Assembly: GCA_038880555.1 (NCBI GenBank)
Contig: JAVZRN010000002.1
Span: forward strand, 223,264 to 287,263
From: Candidatus Bathyarchaeia archaeon
Lineage (GTDB): Archaea; Thermoproteota; Bathyarchaeia; Bathyarchaeales; Bathycorpusculaceae
Direction: 5' to 3'
Length of the DNA stretch: 64,000 bases
Shown: positions 25,731 to 33,371 of the stretch, piece by piece
How positions within the stretch are numbered: the stretch's first letter is position 1
How the letters are laid out: each line of letters starts with the position of its first letter
Notes under the pieces: model-generated
The model's database searches: none
Seen by the model: the letters and a program-made list of their open reading frames with translations, nothing else
What the model was told of the DNA's origin: nothing
Translations under genes and position numbers: made by a program

Positions 25731-27350
25731 ATGAGCGTTGACAATCCAAAGATGGCGGTAGCCTTCGCGCAGTATGGCATACCCCAAGCCGACGTTATCG
25801 AGTGCCGCGTGCATTTGGGCTGCACAAAAGAGGTCAGCAGCTTCGAACTAACACTGCAGAACTGGGATGGCAAATACAGCCCAAACGGCTCTATCCCGCT
25901 GGCTGTCGGGATGGACGGCTCCATCTCCATTGGAAGAGGCTTTAACGTTCCACAGATAATCACCTGCCGCATTGAAAGCCTAAAATATGAATCCACGCCG
26001 GTGGAGCATTACCTGCGGGTTAGCGGGCGATGCTGGGGAGAACGCCTATTCAGACGCGTTTTTACAGGCACTTTTGAAAACATGAAAGGCGAAGACATAG
26101 TCAAGCATCTACTGGACTATTATGTGGGTTTAAGCCACACGCGGGACGGCACAGAGCTTGTTGAGGCAACGGACACAACCTATGTTAAGTTGAAATTTGA
26201 GAACACGCCAGTATTTGACATCATCCGCCAAATTGCGGATTCCGCTGACAAAAGCGGCGTTATAGGCTTTGATTTTCGCATAGCGCCAGACGGAAAGTTT
26301 GAGTTTTTCAGGCGGAACAGCAAAACTTCGCCAGTGAGCCTAACCGACCGCATTGAGTTTGCCGAGTACCGCCGAGACATCCACCGAATAAGAAACAAGA
26401 TTTACGTTTATGGAGCAGCTGAAAAGAAAACGCCCGCAGACGCCAACGAGGACAGCTGGACAGAAGCCACAAGCGGCTGGTATTCAAACGGCACAATAGC
26501 CACAGAATCAAACCATGTAAGCGAGGACGGACAGAAAAAGTACACCGACTCCCTTTGTGTTTACGCTTATGGCGATGGCACAACAAGCGAAATATGGCTT
26601 TACCGTGAAATTGGCGGATTAAAATTCAACGGTGCCAACGGCTTCAAGCAAATCAACACATGGCTTAACTGGACAAGATATGGCAGTGCACAGCCAACAT
26701 CAGCCAAATGCATCCTTTGGCAAACAGCCAACGACCGTTTTGAAATGGACATTAAGCCGCTATTACCGCCACAAGCCACTTGGGGCAAACTTGTGCTGCG
26801 CACGGACCAGCCTACGTGGGTGAATGTTGGCAACGCTGATTGGCAAAATCCAATAAACGCCATAGGCTTCTACATTATCCACGGTGAGGGCTGCATTCCC
26901 GTTCTCCGCTTAGACCACCTCCACTTTTCAGACTGCCGCTACAGTGCCATGCAAGAGGACGCCAACAGCCAGTCAGCCTACGGCCTAAGGGAGTTAACGA
27001 AAACGGATGAGGAGTTGAAAAGCGACAACGAGTGCCATTTAAGGGCTAAAGCATTGCTCAACTATTACAAGGATCCAGCTGAACACTTAACCATAAAAAG
27101 CACAGTCATAGACTATGGCAATACGCCAATTCTCCCCGGCGATAGAATCTACGTTTCTTTGCCCAACGAAGGCTTAAGCGGCTACTTCCGCATTGAAAGC
27201 GTGGAATACCACATGGACGCCAAAACGCAGACTTTAGAAATAACCCTTGAGCTTGGAAGGGAAACCCCGCTTTTAGCCGACTACCTATACGCTTTAAGAA
27301 GCAAAACAGACCATTTAAGCCGCTGTAAGGCGGGTGTTGCGAGGGTTTAA
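25731..27350 (+). CDS. Distal tail/baseplate hub protein candidate
   Basis: 539 aa, directly after the tape measure. The N-terminal part is reminiscent of gpD/gp27-type hub proteins (context-based call). Confidence 0.5.
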   Translation: MSVDNPKMAVAFAQYGIPQADVIECRVHLGCTKEVSSFELTLQNWDGKYSPNGSIPLAVGMDGSISIGRGFNVPQIITCRIESLKYESTPVEHYLRVSGRCWGERLFRRVFTGTFENMKGEDIVKHLLDYYVGLSHTRDGTELVEATDTTYVKLKFENTPVFDIIRQIADSADKSGVIGFDFRIAPDGKFEFFRRNSKTSPVSLTDRIEFAEYRRDIHRIRNKIYVYGAAEKKTPADANEDSWTEATSGWYSNGTIATESNHVSEDGQKKYTDSLCVYAYGDGTTSEIWLYREIGGLKFNGANGFKQINTWLNWTRYGSAQPTSAKCILWQTANDRFEMDIKPLLPPQATWGKLVLRTDQPTWVNVGNADWQNPINAIGFYIIHGEGCIPVLRLDHLHFSDCRYSAMQEDANSQSAYGLRELTKTDEELKSDNECHLRAKALLNYYKDPAEHLTIKSTVIDYGNTPILPGDRIYVSLPNEGLSGYFRIESVEYHMDAKTQTLEITLELGRETPLLADYLYALRSKTDHLSRCKAGVARV

Positions 27351-27353
27351 TGT

Positions 27354-27548
27354 TTGTCAAGGGATTTTAGGCGGACAGTTATAGAGGTTCGCGAGGACCT
27401 GCACCATGAAGTTCGGAAGCTGGCACTGCTTAACGATTTGCGCATCTATCAGCTTGCCAACGCCATTATTGAGGATTACCTTAAAGATGGTGAGCGGGTG
27501 AAAGCCCTAATAAAAAGGCTTAGGCTTCAGCTTCAGCCTCAGCCTTGA
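27354..27548 (+). CDS. Small RHH-like protein
   Basis: RRTVIEVREDLHHEVRKLALLNDLRIYQLANAIIEDYL shows the strand-helix-helix pattern. Its 3' end overlaps the convergent aldolase gene by 29 nt. Confidence 0.45.
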   Translation: MSRDFRRTVIEVREDLHHEVRKLALLNDLRIYQLANAIIEDYLKDGERVKALIKRLRLQLQPQP

Positions 27549-28428
27549 CAGCTTCCAAGAGTTTTCTAATTTCGGCTTTTTCAGCTTCATCCAAGGGTAA
27601 GGCTGGCAATCGCGGATAGCCTGCAGGCAATCCAAGCATTCGCATTGCCTCTTTTATGGCTGAAAGCTGGTTGAAGCGTTTGACCAGCACTTCGTTTATG
27701 CGGGTTATTTTCTTTTGAAGTTTTGCCGCTTTTTCAACGTCGCCTTCCATGTAGGCTTTGTATAGGCTTGCACAAAGCCTTGGATAAGCGTTGGCTACGG
27801 CTATGACGGCGCCTTTTCCACCCAACATAAGTGTCGGCAGCACAACATCGGCTGTTCCAGCCAAAACGGCTATTTTTTCACCCACTAGGCGTATGGTTTC
27901 TGTTATTGTGGCTATGTTTCCACCGCTGTCTTTTACGCCCACAACATGCGAGTATTCTTTGGCGAGCTCTGCAATTACGGCTGGTTCTAAAGCGTAGCCA
28001 GTAAACTTCGGGACACTGTAAAGGATTATGGGCAAGTCCACAGCCTCCAAAACGGCTTTGTAGTGGGCTGTTAACTCGCGGTTTGAAAGCCTAAAATAGT
28101 AGGGCGTAACCACCACCGCGGCGTCAACGCCCAAGTCTTCGGCGTCTCTTGTAAGCCTTATGGTTTCCCAAGTGCTTGGCGCGCCTGTTCCAGCCACAAC
28201 CGTCACGCCACTTTTAGCCTCTTCTAGGACTGCGGCGATTATTTTTTGGCGTTCCTCCCTAGCCAAATATGGGGCTTCGCCATTACTGCCACAAGGCATA
28301 AGCCCATCAACGCCGCCTTCAACCCAGAACCGCACACATTTGCGCAAGGCTTCAAAGTCTATTTCTCCCTTCTTCGTGAAAGGCGTAATATGCGGCACAA
28401 TTATGCCTTCAAGCCTTGTTTTCTTCAT
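27520..28428 (-). CDS. DapA/NAL-family class I aldolase (dihydrodipicolinate synthase-like)
   Basis: GLMPCGSNGE, TPYYF, YSVPKFTG and the Schiff-base lysine context GVKDSGG. Confidence 0.8.
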   Translation of the reverse strand: MKKTRLEGIIVPHITPFTKKGEIDFEALRKCVRFWVEGGVDGLMPCGSNGEAPYLAREERQKIIAAVLEEAKSGVTVVAGTGAPSTWETIRLTRDAEDLGVDAAVVVTPYYFRLSNRELTAHYKAVLEAVDLPIILYSVPKFTGYALEPAVIAELAKEYSHVVGVKDSGGNIATITETIRLVGEKIAVLAGTADVVLPTLMLGGKGAVIAVANAYPRLCASLYKAYMEGDVEKAAKLQKKITRINEVLVKRFNQLSAIKEAMRMLGLPAGYPRLPALPLDEAEKAEIRKLLEAVKAEAEAEA

Positions 28429-28603
28429 GTTTATGCTCCCTTCTCTTGGTGAAGGTTAGGATTTGTTTTCTGCGCTTATAAAATATGAGCATTTGCCGCT
28501 TGCTAAAAACAGATAAGCATGTTGAGGCTAACAGTTTTTGGTGGCTGTTTGGCGGTTTTGGGTTGGCGTAGGTTGAAGCCAGAGGGTGAATTTGGCTGTT
28601 GAC

Positions 28604-28882
28604 ATGAGCGATGAGGCGCTTATCGAACTTGTTAGAGAGCGCCTAATGTATGAGAAGAATTCGCGAAGGGAAGCTGTGAGGAAACGCATTGTTGAGGCGC
28701 CCAAAACATTGGAGGCTAATCCGGAAAAGGCTGGAAAACGCCTAAAGCCATCGGATTTCTGGAGCTTAAGGGTAAGCGATTACAGAGCCATATATGAAAT
28801 AGACAAAGCCAACACCAAAGTAATCGTCTTGTTTGTTGGGCATAGAAGCAAAGTCTACGAAGACCTAACAAAAATGCTTTAG
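28604..28882 (+). CDS. relE: RelE/ParE-superfamily toxin (no cognate antitoxin seen)
   Basis: The C-terminal signature is FWSLRVSDYRAIYEIDKANTKVIVLFVGHRSKVY. Confidence 0.65.
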   Translation: MSDEALIELVRERLMYEKNSRREAVRKRIVEAPKTLEANPEKAGKRLKPSDFWSLRVSDYRAIYEIDKANTKVIVLFVGHRSKVYEDLTKML

Positions 28883-29006
28883 ACATTTTCCTCTCTTAGC
28901 TTGTCGAGTAGACGCTTCATCTCTTTTGGGGCTGCGTGTTTCGCTCTTGAAACCGCCAAGTCTATGGTGGATTTTGGCTTAAGTTTCGCTTAGTGTCTTT
29001 TTTCCT

Positions 29007-29435
29007 TCATGGAGTTTCGCCTATCCATATGGTTTGGTTTAAGCCCTTAAAGTGTTGGTCTCCTGTTATGAGTTTTGCGTTTAGGGTTTTCGCTGTTGCT
29101 AGTATTATGGCGTCGAAGAGGCTTGGCGCTTTTAAGCCTTCTTTTTTGGCTTTTTCTGTTAGTTGGATGTAGCATTTGGCGGATTCTATGGCTGTTTGTG
29201 GGTTTATTGGGGTTATTTCTGTGGTTTCTTCTATGGTTTTCAGGCGTTGTTGGATGGTGTTTTCTTTTGCGCCTTCGCGCATGTATTTACGGGCTATTTC
29301 TGCTAGAACAATGTCTGGGGTGTAGGCATCCTCGGCTTCTCGGATGGTTTTCATGGCTTTTTCGCCTCGGCTGCTGCCTATGAAGATTTCAATCCAAGCG
29401 TAGGAGTCAACAACTACTGCCGCTGTTGCCGCCAT
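29007..29435 (-). CDS. vapC: PIN-domain toxin VapC
   Basis: VVVDSYAWIEIF (first acidic residue), DIVLAEI, LFDAIILATA, ITGDQHF. I start it at the internal ATG 29435. Confidence 0.8.
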   Translation of the reverse strand: MAATAAVVVDSYAWIEIFIGSSRGEKAMKTIREAEDAYTPDIVLAEIARKYMREGAKENTIQQRLKTIEETTEITPINPQTAIESAKCYIQLTEKAKKEGLKAPSLFDAIILATAKTLNAKLITGDQHFKGLNQTIWIGETP

Positions 29436-29634
29436 TTTCACCGCGGTCTTCCTCCGTGAAAGGCTTAATCTTGCCCTTGTCAATGCCGAAGACTTCGCTT
29501 AGGCGTTGTCTGCGTTGCTGGACGATGAAAAGCCTAATGGTTTCGTCTAGGGTTTGGACTCCAAGTTTTTGGCGTAGCTTCTCAAGCATCTTAAGTGTGG
29601 ACTTTGAAACCCTAATAGTTGTTGTTTCAACCAT
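29407..29634 (-). CDS. vapB: VapB-type antitoxin
   Basis: MVETTTIRVSKSTLKMLEKL is an N-terminal DNA-binding strand/helix. It overlaps the vapC start by 29 nt. Confidence 0.6.
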   Translation of the reverse strand: MVETTTIRVSKSTLKMLEKLRQKLGVQTLDETIRLFIVQQRRQRLSEVFGIDKGKIKPFTEEDRGENGGNSGSSC

Positions 29635-29959
29635 ACAGCTTCACATATACAAGTATACAATATACAAGCATATAAGCATACTGTAACAAATTTTGAAAAC
29701 GTCTTAAGCAACACATTTTAGGCTGGCGTTTCAGCTATGGCTTTTGGCCGGCGTTCCATATCTCTATGCCCATGATTTCGCCCTTTTCATCAAGTTCCAA
29801 ATGGATGTCTGGATCAGCCTCCATCACTTCGTGACTTGGTCCCTCTTTGTTGTACGTGCTTTCACTTTACCCTAAACCACTGCGCTCTTACCTTGCACTC
29901 TCATAATATCTTAACTTATAAATAACCTACACCAAATACAATTTAGAGTAGTGAAGTTG

Positions 29960-30814
29960 ATGAATGACCAGGAAGTTCAGGCAGCCATTAAGAAAAAGGA
30001 GAAGTTGAACGAGTTAGATGGGAAAACTTGGGAGAGATATTCTATTAGCATATGGGATATTGTAAAGTCAAGGGAAGAAGTTAAACTCAAACATCCAGCT
30101 ATGTTTCCTGTGGAATTATGTCGAAGACTGATTGAGATATATACTAAAAAAGGTGATGTGGTTTTAGACCCCTTTATGGGTAGTGGTAGTGCAATAGTTG
30201 CTGCTAGAGACTTGGAACGGAAGGGAATTGGTTTTGATATCAACCCAGATTTTGTGAAGCTTGCAAAAAAGAGGATATCTCAACAGAAGCTTATACGCCT
30301 TGGTGTTGAAGATCCTGATATTTATTGTGAGGACGCCAAAAACCTATTGATGTATGTAAAACCTAACTCTGTGGATTTAGTAATAACTTCTCCCCCCTAC
30401 TGGAACATTCATACAAGAAAGAGGACAGCAGACTATAAGGAACCAAGACCATATTCGTCTTTAGAAAGGGATCTCGGGAACATCTCAGATTTCAATAAGT
30501 TTATGGAGGAATTGAAGTCTATTTTTGAAAAAGTTTATGCTGTTTTAAAAAACGGTAAACGATGTATCGTTATTGTTATGGATATTCGTCAAGGTTCTCA
30601 GTTCATTCCGTTTCATATGTGCGTAGCAAATATGATGGCGGAGATAGGTTTTCTTCTTGAAGATATAATAATTTGGGATAGACGTAAAGAGTACAGTAAC
30701 TTGCGACCATTGGGCTATCCGTATGTTTTCATTGTGAATAAAGTTCATGAATACATCTTAATATTCAGGAAGAATAGGGTTGAAGAAATTGAAGTCGAAG
30801 AAGACCTCGCTTGA
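29960..30814 (+). CDS. N4-cytosine/N6-adenine DNA methyltransferase with permuted motif order (AdoMet motif I before motif IV)
   Basis: HPAMFPVEL...VLDPFMGSGS (motifs X/I) is at residues ~50-80 and VITSPPYW (motif IV, SPPY type) at ~residue 145. Confidence 0.85.
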   Translation: MNDQEVQAAIKKKEKLNELDGKTWERYSISIWDIVKSREEVKLKHPAMFPVELCRRLIEIYTKKGDVVLDPFMGSGSAIVAARDLERKGIGFDINPDFVKLAKKRISQQKLIRLGVEDPDIYCEDAKNLLMYVKPNSVDLVITSPPYWNIHTRKRTADYKEPRPYSSLERDLGNISDFNKFMEELKSIFEKVYAVLKNGKRCIVIVMDIRQGSQFIPFHMCVANMMAEIGFLLEDIIIWDRRKEYSNLRPLGYPYVFIVNKVHEYILIFRKNRVEEIEVEEDLA

Positions 30815-31760
30815 CTATATCGATGAAGATGTGGCTTATTTTATTGGATTAATAACCGCTAGGGGCGAAATATCTGATCAAGGAGGAGTAAAGCGAATTT
30901 CCATAGAATTTCCCTTTAGGAATTTAGAGGTTGAAGGCGTAAAGAAGAAGATAACACAAAAAGATAAGATATTGTTAAGCTTGGACAGAACCATAAATAG
31001 GGTTAATGAACTTGCAGATGTTAACGTTAGAAAAACCGAGAGCGAACATTCGGTCTATCTTGTACTCGAAACATTAAAAAATACCATGTTTTTGCGAAAT
31101 ATCAGAATGCTTATGAAAGGTAGAAGCTCTTACTACGAGTTCGAGATTCCCGACCAAATTTTTGAGTCAAGCGATTCTATTAAAAAGGAATTTATCCGTG
31201 GATTTGCCGATGTTGCTGGATCTGCCAGGTGGGCGAACAGAAATAGGTGGGGAAAATGTAGGGTTTATCTGGATGTCCTTAACAGTCCATCCAATTGGCG
31301 TTTGCCGGTTCAAATTTGTCATCTTTTGCAAGATCATTTGGGAATTCCTGTAGATGTTATTCAGTGGGGTCATCCTAATACTAGAGACCCAAGCTTAAGG
31401 GAATATAAGGCTGGACGGAAGGATGCTTGGGCGAGAGAGCACCAAATAAAAATTTTTGCAGATGATTTTGAGAAAATAGGTTTCTATATGTCCCATAAAC
31501 AAGAAATACTTGAAGAACTTGCAGAATACAATAAGACGAAGGGGTTTGCAAAGGCAAACTTTTGCAATCCGCCAAAAAGAAGAAAAACTAAACCGAAGCA
31601 TCCTGCTGAAAATTCTGAGAAACTACCTTTAGAAATTCGTGGAAAGCATTACGACTCTTATTGGCAGATTTGCGCGGATTTGGGTTGCGTAAGATACGCA
31701 AATTTCGTTAAAAGACATAAACGACTGACCAAATGGATAGAATCTAAAAAGAAGAAGTGA
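30780..31760 (+). CDS. Double-motif LAGLIDADG-fold protein with both catalytic acidic residues substituted
   Basis: Motif 1 is YFIGLITARGE (position 8 = R). Motif 2 is FIRGFADVAGS (position 8 = A), with the typical LLQDHLGIPV helix after it. The TTG start overlaps the methyltransferase by 35 nt. Confidence 0.6.
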   Translation: MKKLKSKKTSLDYIDEDVAYFIGLITARGEISDQGGVKRISIEFPFRNLEVEGVKKKITQKDKILLSLDRTINRVNELADVNVRKTESEHSVYLVLETLKNTMFLRNIRMLMKGRSSYYEFEIPDQIFESSDSIKKEFIRGFADVAGSARWANRNRWGKCRVYLDVLNSPSNWRLPVQICHLLQDHLGIPVDVIQWGHPNTRDPSLREYKAGRKDAWAREHQIKIFADDFEKIGFYMSHKQEILEELAEYNKTKGFAKANFCNPPKRRKTKPKHPAENSEKLPLEIRGKHYDSYWQICADLGCVRYANFVKRHKRLTKWIESKKKK

Positions 31761-31788
31761 AAAGGAATTGTATAAGAAAGAGAAAGAA

Positions 31789-32265
31789 ATGTATCCTGAT
31801 GTCTGTTTGTGGTTCAAGAAAACGTTGCAAAGTAAGTTTAAAAATGCTAGAATATGTGTCGAAGATACTTCTAAAAAGGTTCTCTCAAAATGGCTTCTTG
31901 AGAAAGGTTTTCATGTATACTTTCCTGATCACCAAACGTATGAGATTGAAGTTGATGTAACCGGGGTTATTGTAAAATCAGACAAAGAAGCGCATTTGGG
32001 ACTTATTGAATGTAAGCTCGGTAGAATAAACCTACGGGATTTTTCCCAATTGTTAGGATACAGCAAGGTTGCCTTACCATTGTATTCTATAATACTTTCA
32101 CCAAAAGGAGTCTCAAATTCAATAAATCTTCTTTTTAATGTTGCCAGAAGGAATGATATACTTTACTATTCGCGCGATAGGCATATCTTTATTGCTCAAT
32201 GGGACGAACGGAAAAAGGAAATAGATTTCTCAACTATAATTCCCAAAGGCGTTCGTATCCCTTAA
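31789..32265 (+). CDS. Small PD-(D/E)XK-fold nuclease candidate
   Basis: YEIEVDVTGVIV...x...LGLIECKLG gives D...ExK at the expected spacing. It begins 8-29 nt after the LAGLIDADG gene; the alternative start is TTG 31768. Confidence 0.55.
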   Translation: MYPDVCLWFKKTLQSKFKNARICVEDTSKKVLSKWLLEKGFHVYFPDHQTYEIEVDVTGVIVKSDKEAHLGLIECKLGRINLRDFSQLLGYSKVALPLYSIILSPKGVSNSINLLFNVARRNDILYYSRDRHIFIAQWDERKKEIDFSTIIPKGVRIP

Positions 32266-32344
32266 GTTTATGAATTGGTAAATTTCTGAATTTTGCCTCT
32301 CCTTATATTCAATCCTTGCCTTGTGTTTTGTTTGATGGTGGTGT

Positions 32345-32734
32345 ATGAGGGAGGTTGTTAGGCGGGTTAAGGAGTTAAGCCTTGGCGATTTGGTTCGTGT
32401 TGAGTGGTTTGACGCTAGTATTGGCAAGAGTCTTAGTGGCGGTTTGAATGGTATTGATGTTCCGGTGGTTAGTTGGGGCGTGTTCTTGGGTGTTTTGGGC
32501 TCTAAGAACCGGCATGTTATCTTGGCGCAGAACTGTTTTCGTTATGCTGATGGCTTCTATGACATTGATTATACGGCTGTGCCTTTGGCTTGGGCGTGCA
32601 ACGCCACGGTAATTGCCAAGGCGCATGTTCCGTCTGAAGAGGCTAAACAGCTCTTGAACAGTTTTCTTGTGGGCGGCAAACGCGCCTCAATAAAGGGCAA
32701 AAAACACCAACAGAGGGTTAAAAACCATGGATGA
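32345..32734 (+). CDS. Hypothetical protein (G+T-rich coding strand)
   Basis: The 129-aa ORF has plausible hydrophobic periodicity. However, the low A content here inflates chance ORFs. Confidence 0.4.
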   Translation: MREVVRRVKELSLGDLVRVEWFDASIGKSLSGGLNGIDVPVVSWGVFLGVLGSKNRHVILAQNCFRYADGFYDIDYTAVPLAWACNATVIAKAHVPSEEAKQLLNSFLVGGKRASIKGKKHQQRVKNHG

Positions 32735-32957
32735 CTGGATTAAGAAGGCTTTGACGAGGCGTGTTAGGCGTAAAGAAATCCCACCAGACCCAAGGCTAGT
32801 CATAGGCGTAAAATTCGCATTAGCCATGACCATAAGCCTATCCGCCCTAGAAGTCGCCCATCTGGCTTTCACTGGCAGGTGGAACAGCGAAATCTTCGCC
32901 GCCATAACAGGCTTGACAGGCACTGTAAGCGGCATTCTCATAGCACAAAAAACCTAG
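32727..32957 (+). CDS. Small membrane protein (2 TM)
   Basis: IGVKFALAMTISLSALEVA and IFAAITGLTGTVSGILIA. Confidence 0.4.
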   Translation: MDDWIKKALTRRVRRKEIPPDPRLVIGVKFALAMTISLSALEVAHLAFTGRWNSEIFAAITGLTGTVSGILIAQKT

Positions 32958-32972
32958 AGGGGGTATCCAATT

Positions 32973-33371
32973 TTGCAGTCCTTCGAGCCTAGCAAAATTG
33001 ACACCGCGAAGCCTTCCCGCACAGCCATGTTGAAGAGACGAGTGGCAGAACTAAAAGAGGAGGTGAAAACAGATACCCAGAAAATCAGACTGAAGACCAT
33101 GAAACAACTCGAAGAACTCTTCAACATGGCTTCAGAAATGGCGAAAGGAGAAATCCAATACCAAACAGAAAACGGCAAACCACAAAGAATAACCATCAGC
33201 CAAAGGCAAAGATGGGCACGCGTAGCCGCCTACATAGCCCAAATAATAAACGGCGTAGCCACCCACTTCGACGAACACCAAATAGATGAAGACCTAGCAA
33301 AACTCGAGAGGCTCATAGATGAAGCCAAGACAAAAACAAAAACTCCGCCAACTGGAACAAGCGCTGGCTGA
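32973..33371 (+). CDS. Coiled-coil hypothetical protein (small-terminase position)
   Basis: The TTG follows GAGGGGG. It is charged and helical and overlaps the terminase start by 53 nt. Position is the only argument. Confidence 0.4.
   Translation: MQSFEPSKIDTAKPSRTAMLKRRVAELKEEVKTDTQKIRLKTMKQLEELFNMASEMAKGEIQYQTENGKPQRITISQRQRWARVAAYIAQIINGVATHFDEHQIDEDLAKLERLIDEAKTKTKTPPTGTSAG

Larger units (their letters stand above)
10988..27548. mobile_element. Head-tail (HK97-type) provirus block: regulators plus head and tail morphogenesis genes. It lacks its own terminase and integrase.
   Basis: About 27 tightly packed, mostly same-strand genes. They include prohead protease, DUF2190-like protein, HK97-like capsid, portal candidate, connector, tail tube, frameshifted chaperone, gp10-like protein, tape measure and hub. 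RHH proteins sit at both edges. Confidence 0.7.

Noticed and set aside
29075-29383. 102-aa plus-strand ORF opposite vapC (L/W/F/G-rich)
   Set aside because: It is a composition artefact of the G+T-rich top strand. The minus-strand PIN-domain reading has clear catalytic motifs.
29735-29824. DUF2283-like small ORF on the minus strand (..EVMEADPDIHLELDEKGEIMGIEIWNAGQKP*)
   Set aside because: Only the C-terminal ~40 residues are readable. In-frame stops interrupt the upstream part, so it is a remnant rather than a gene.
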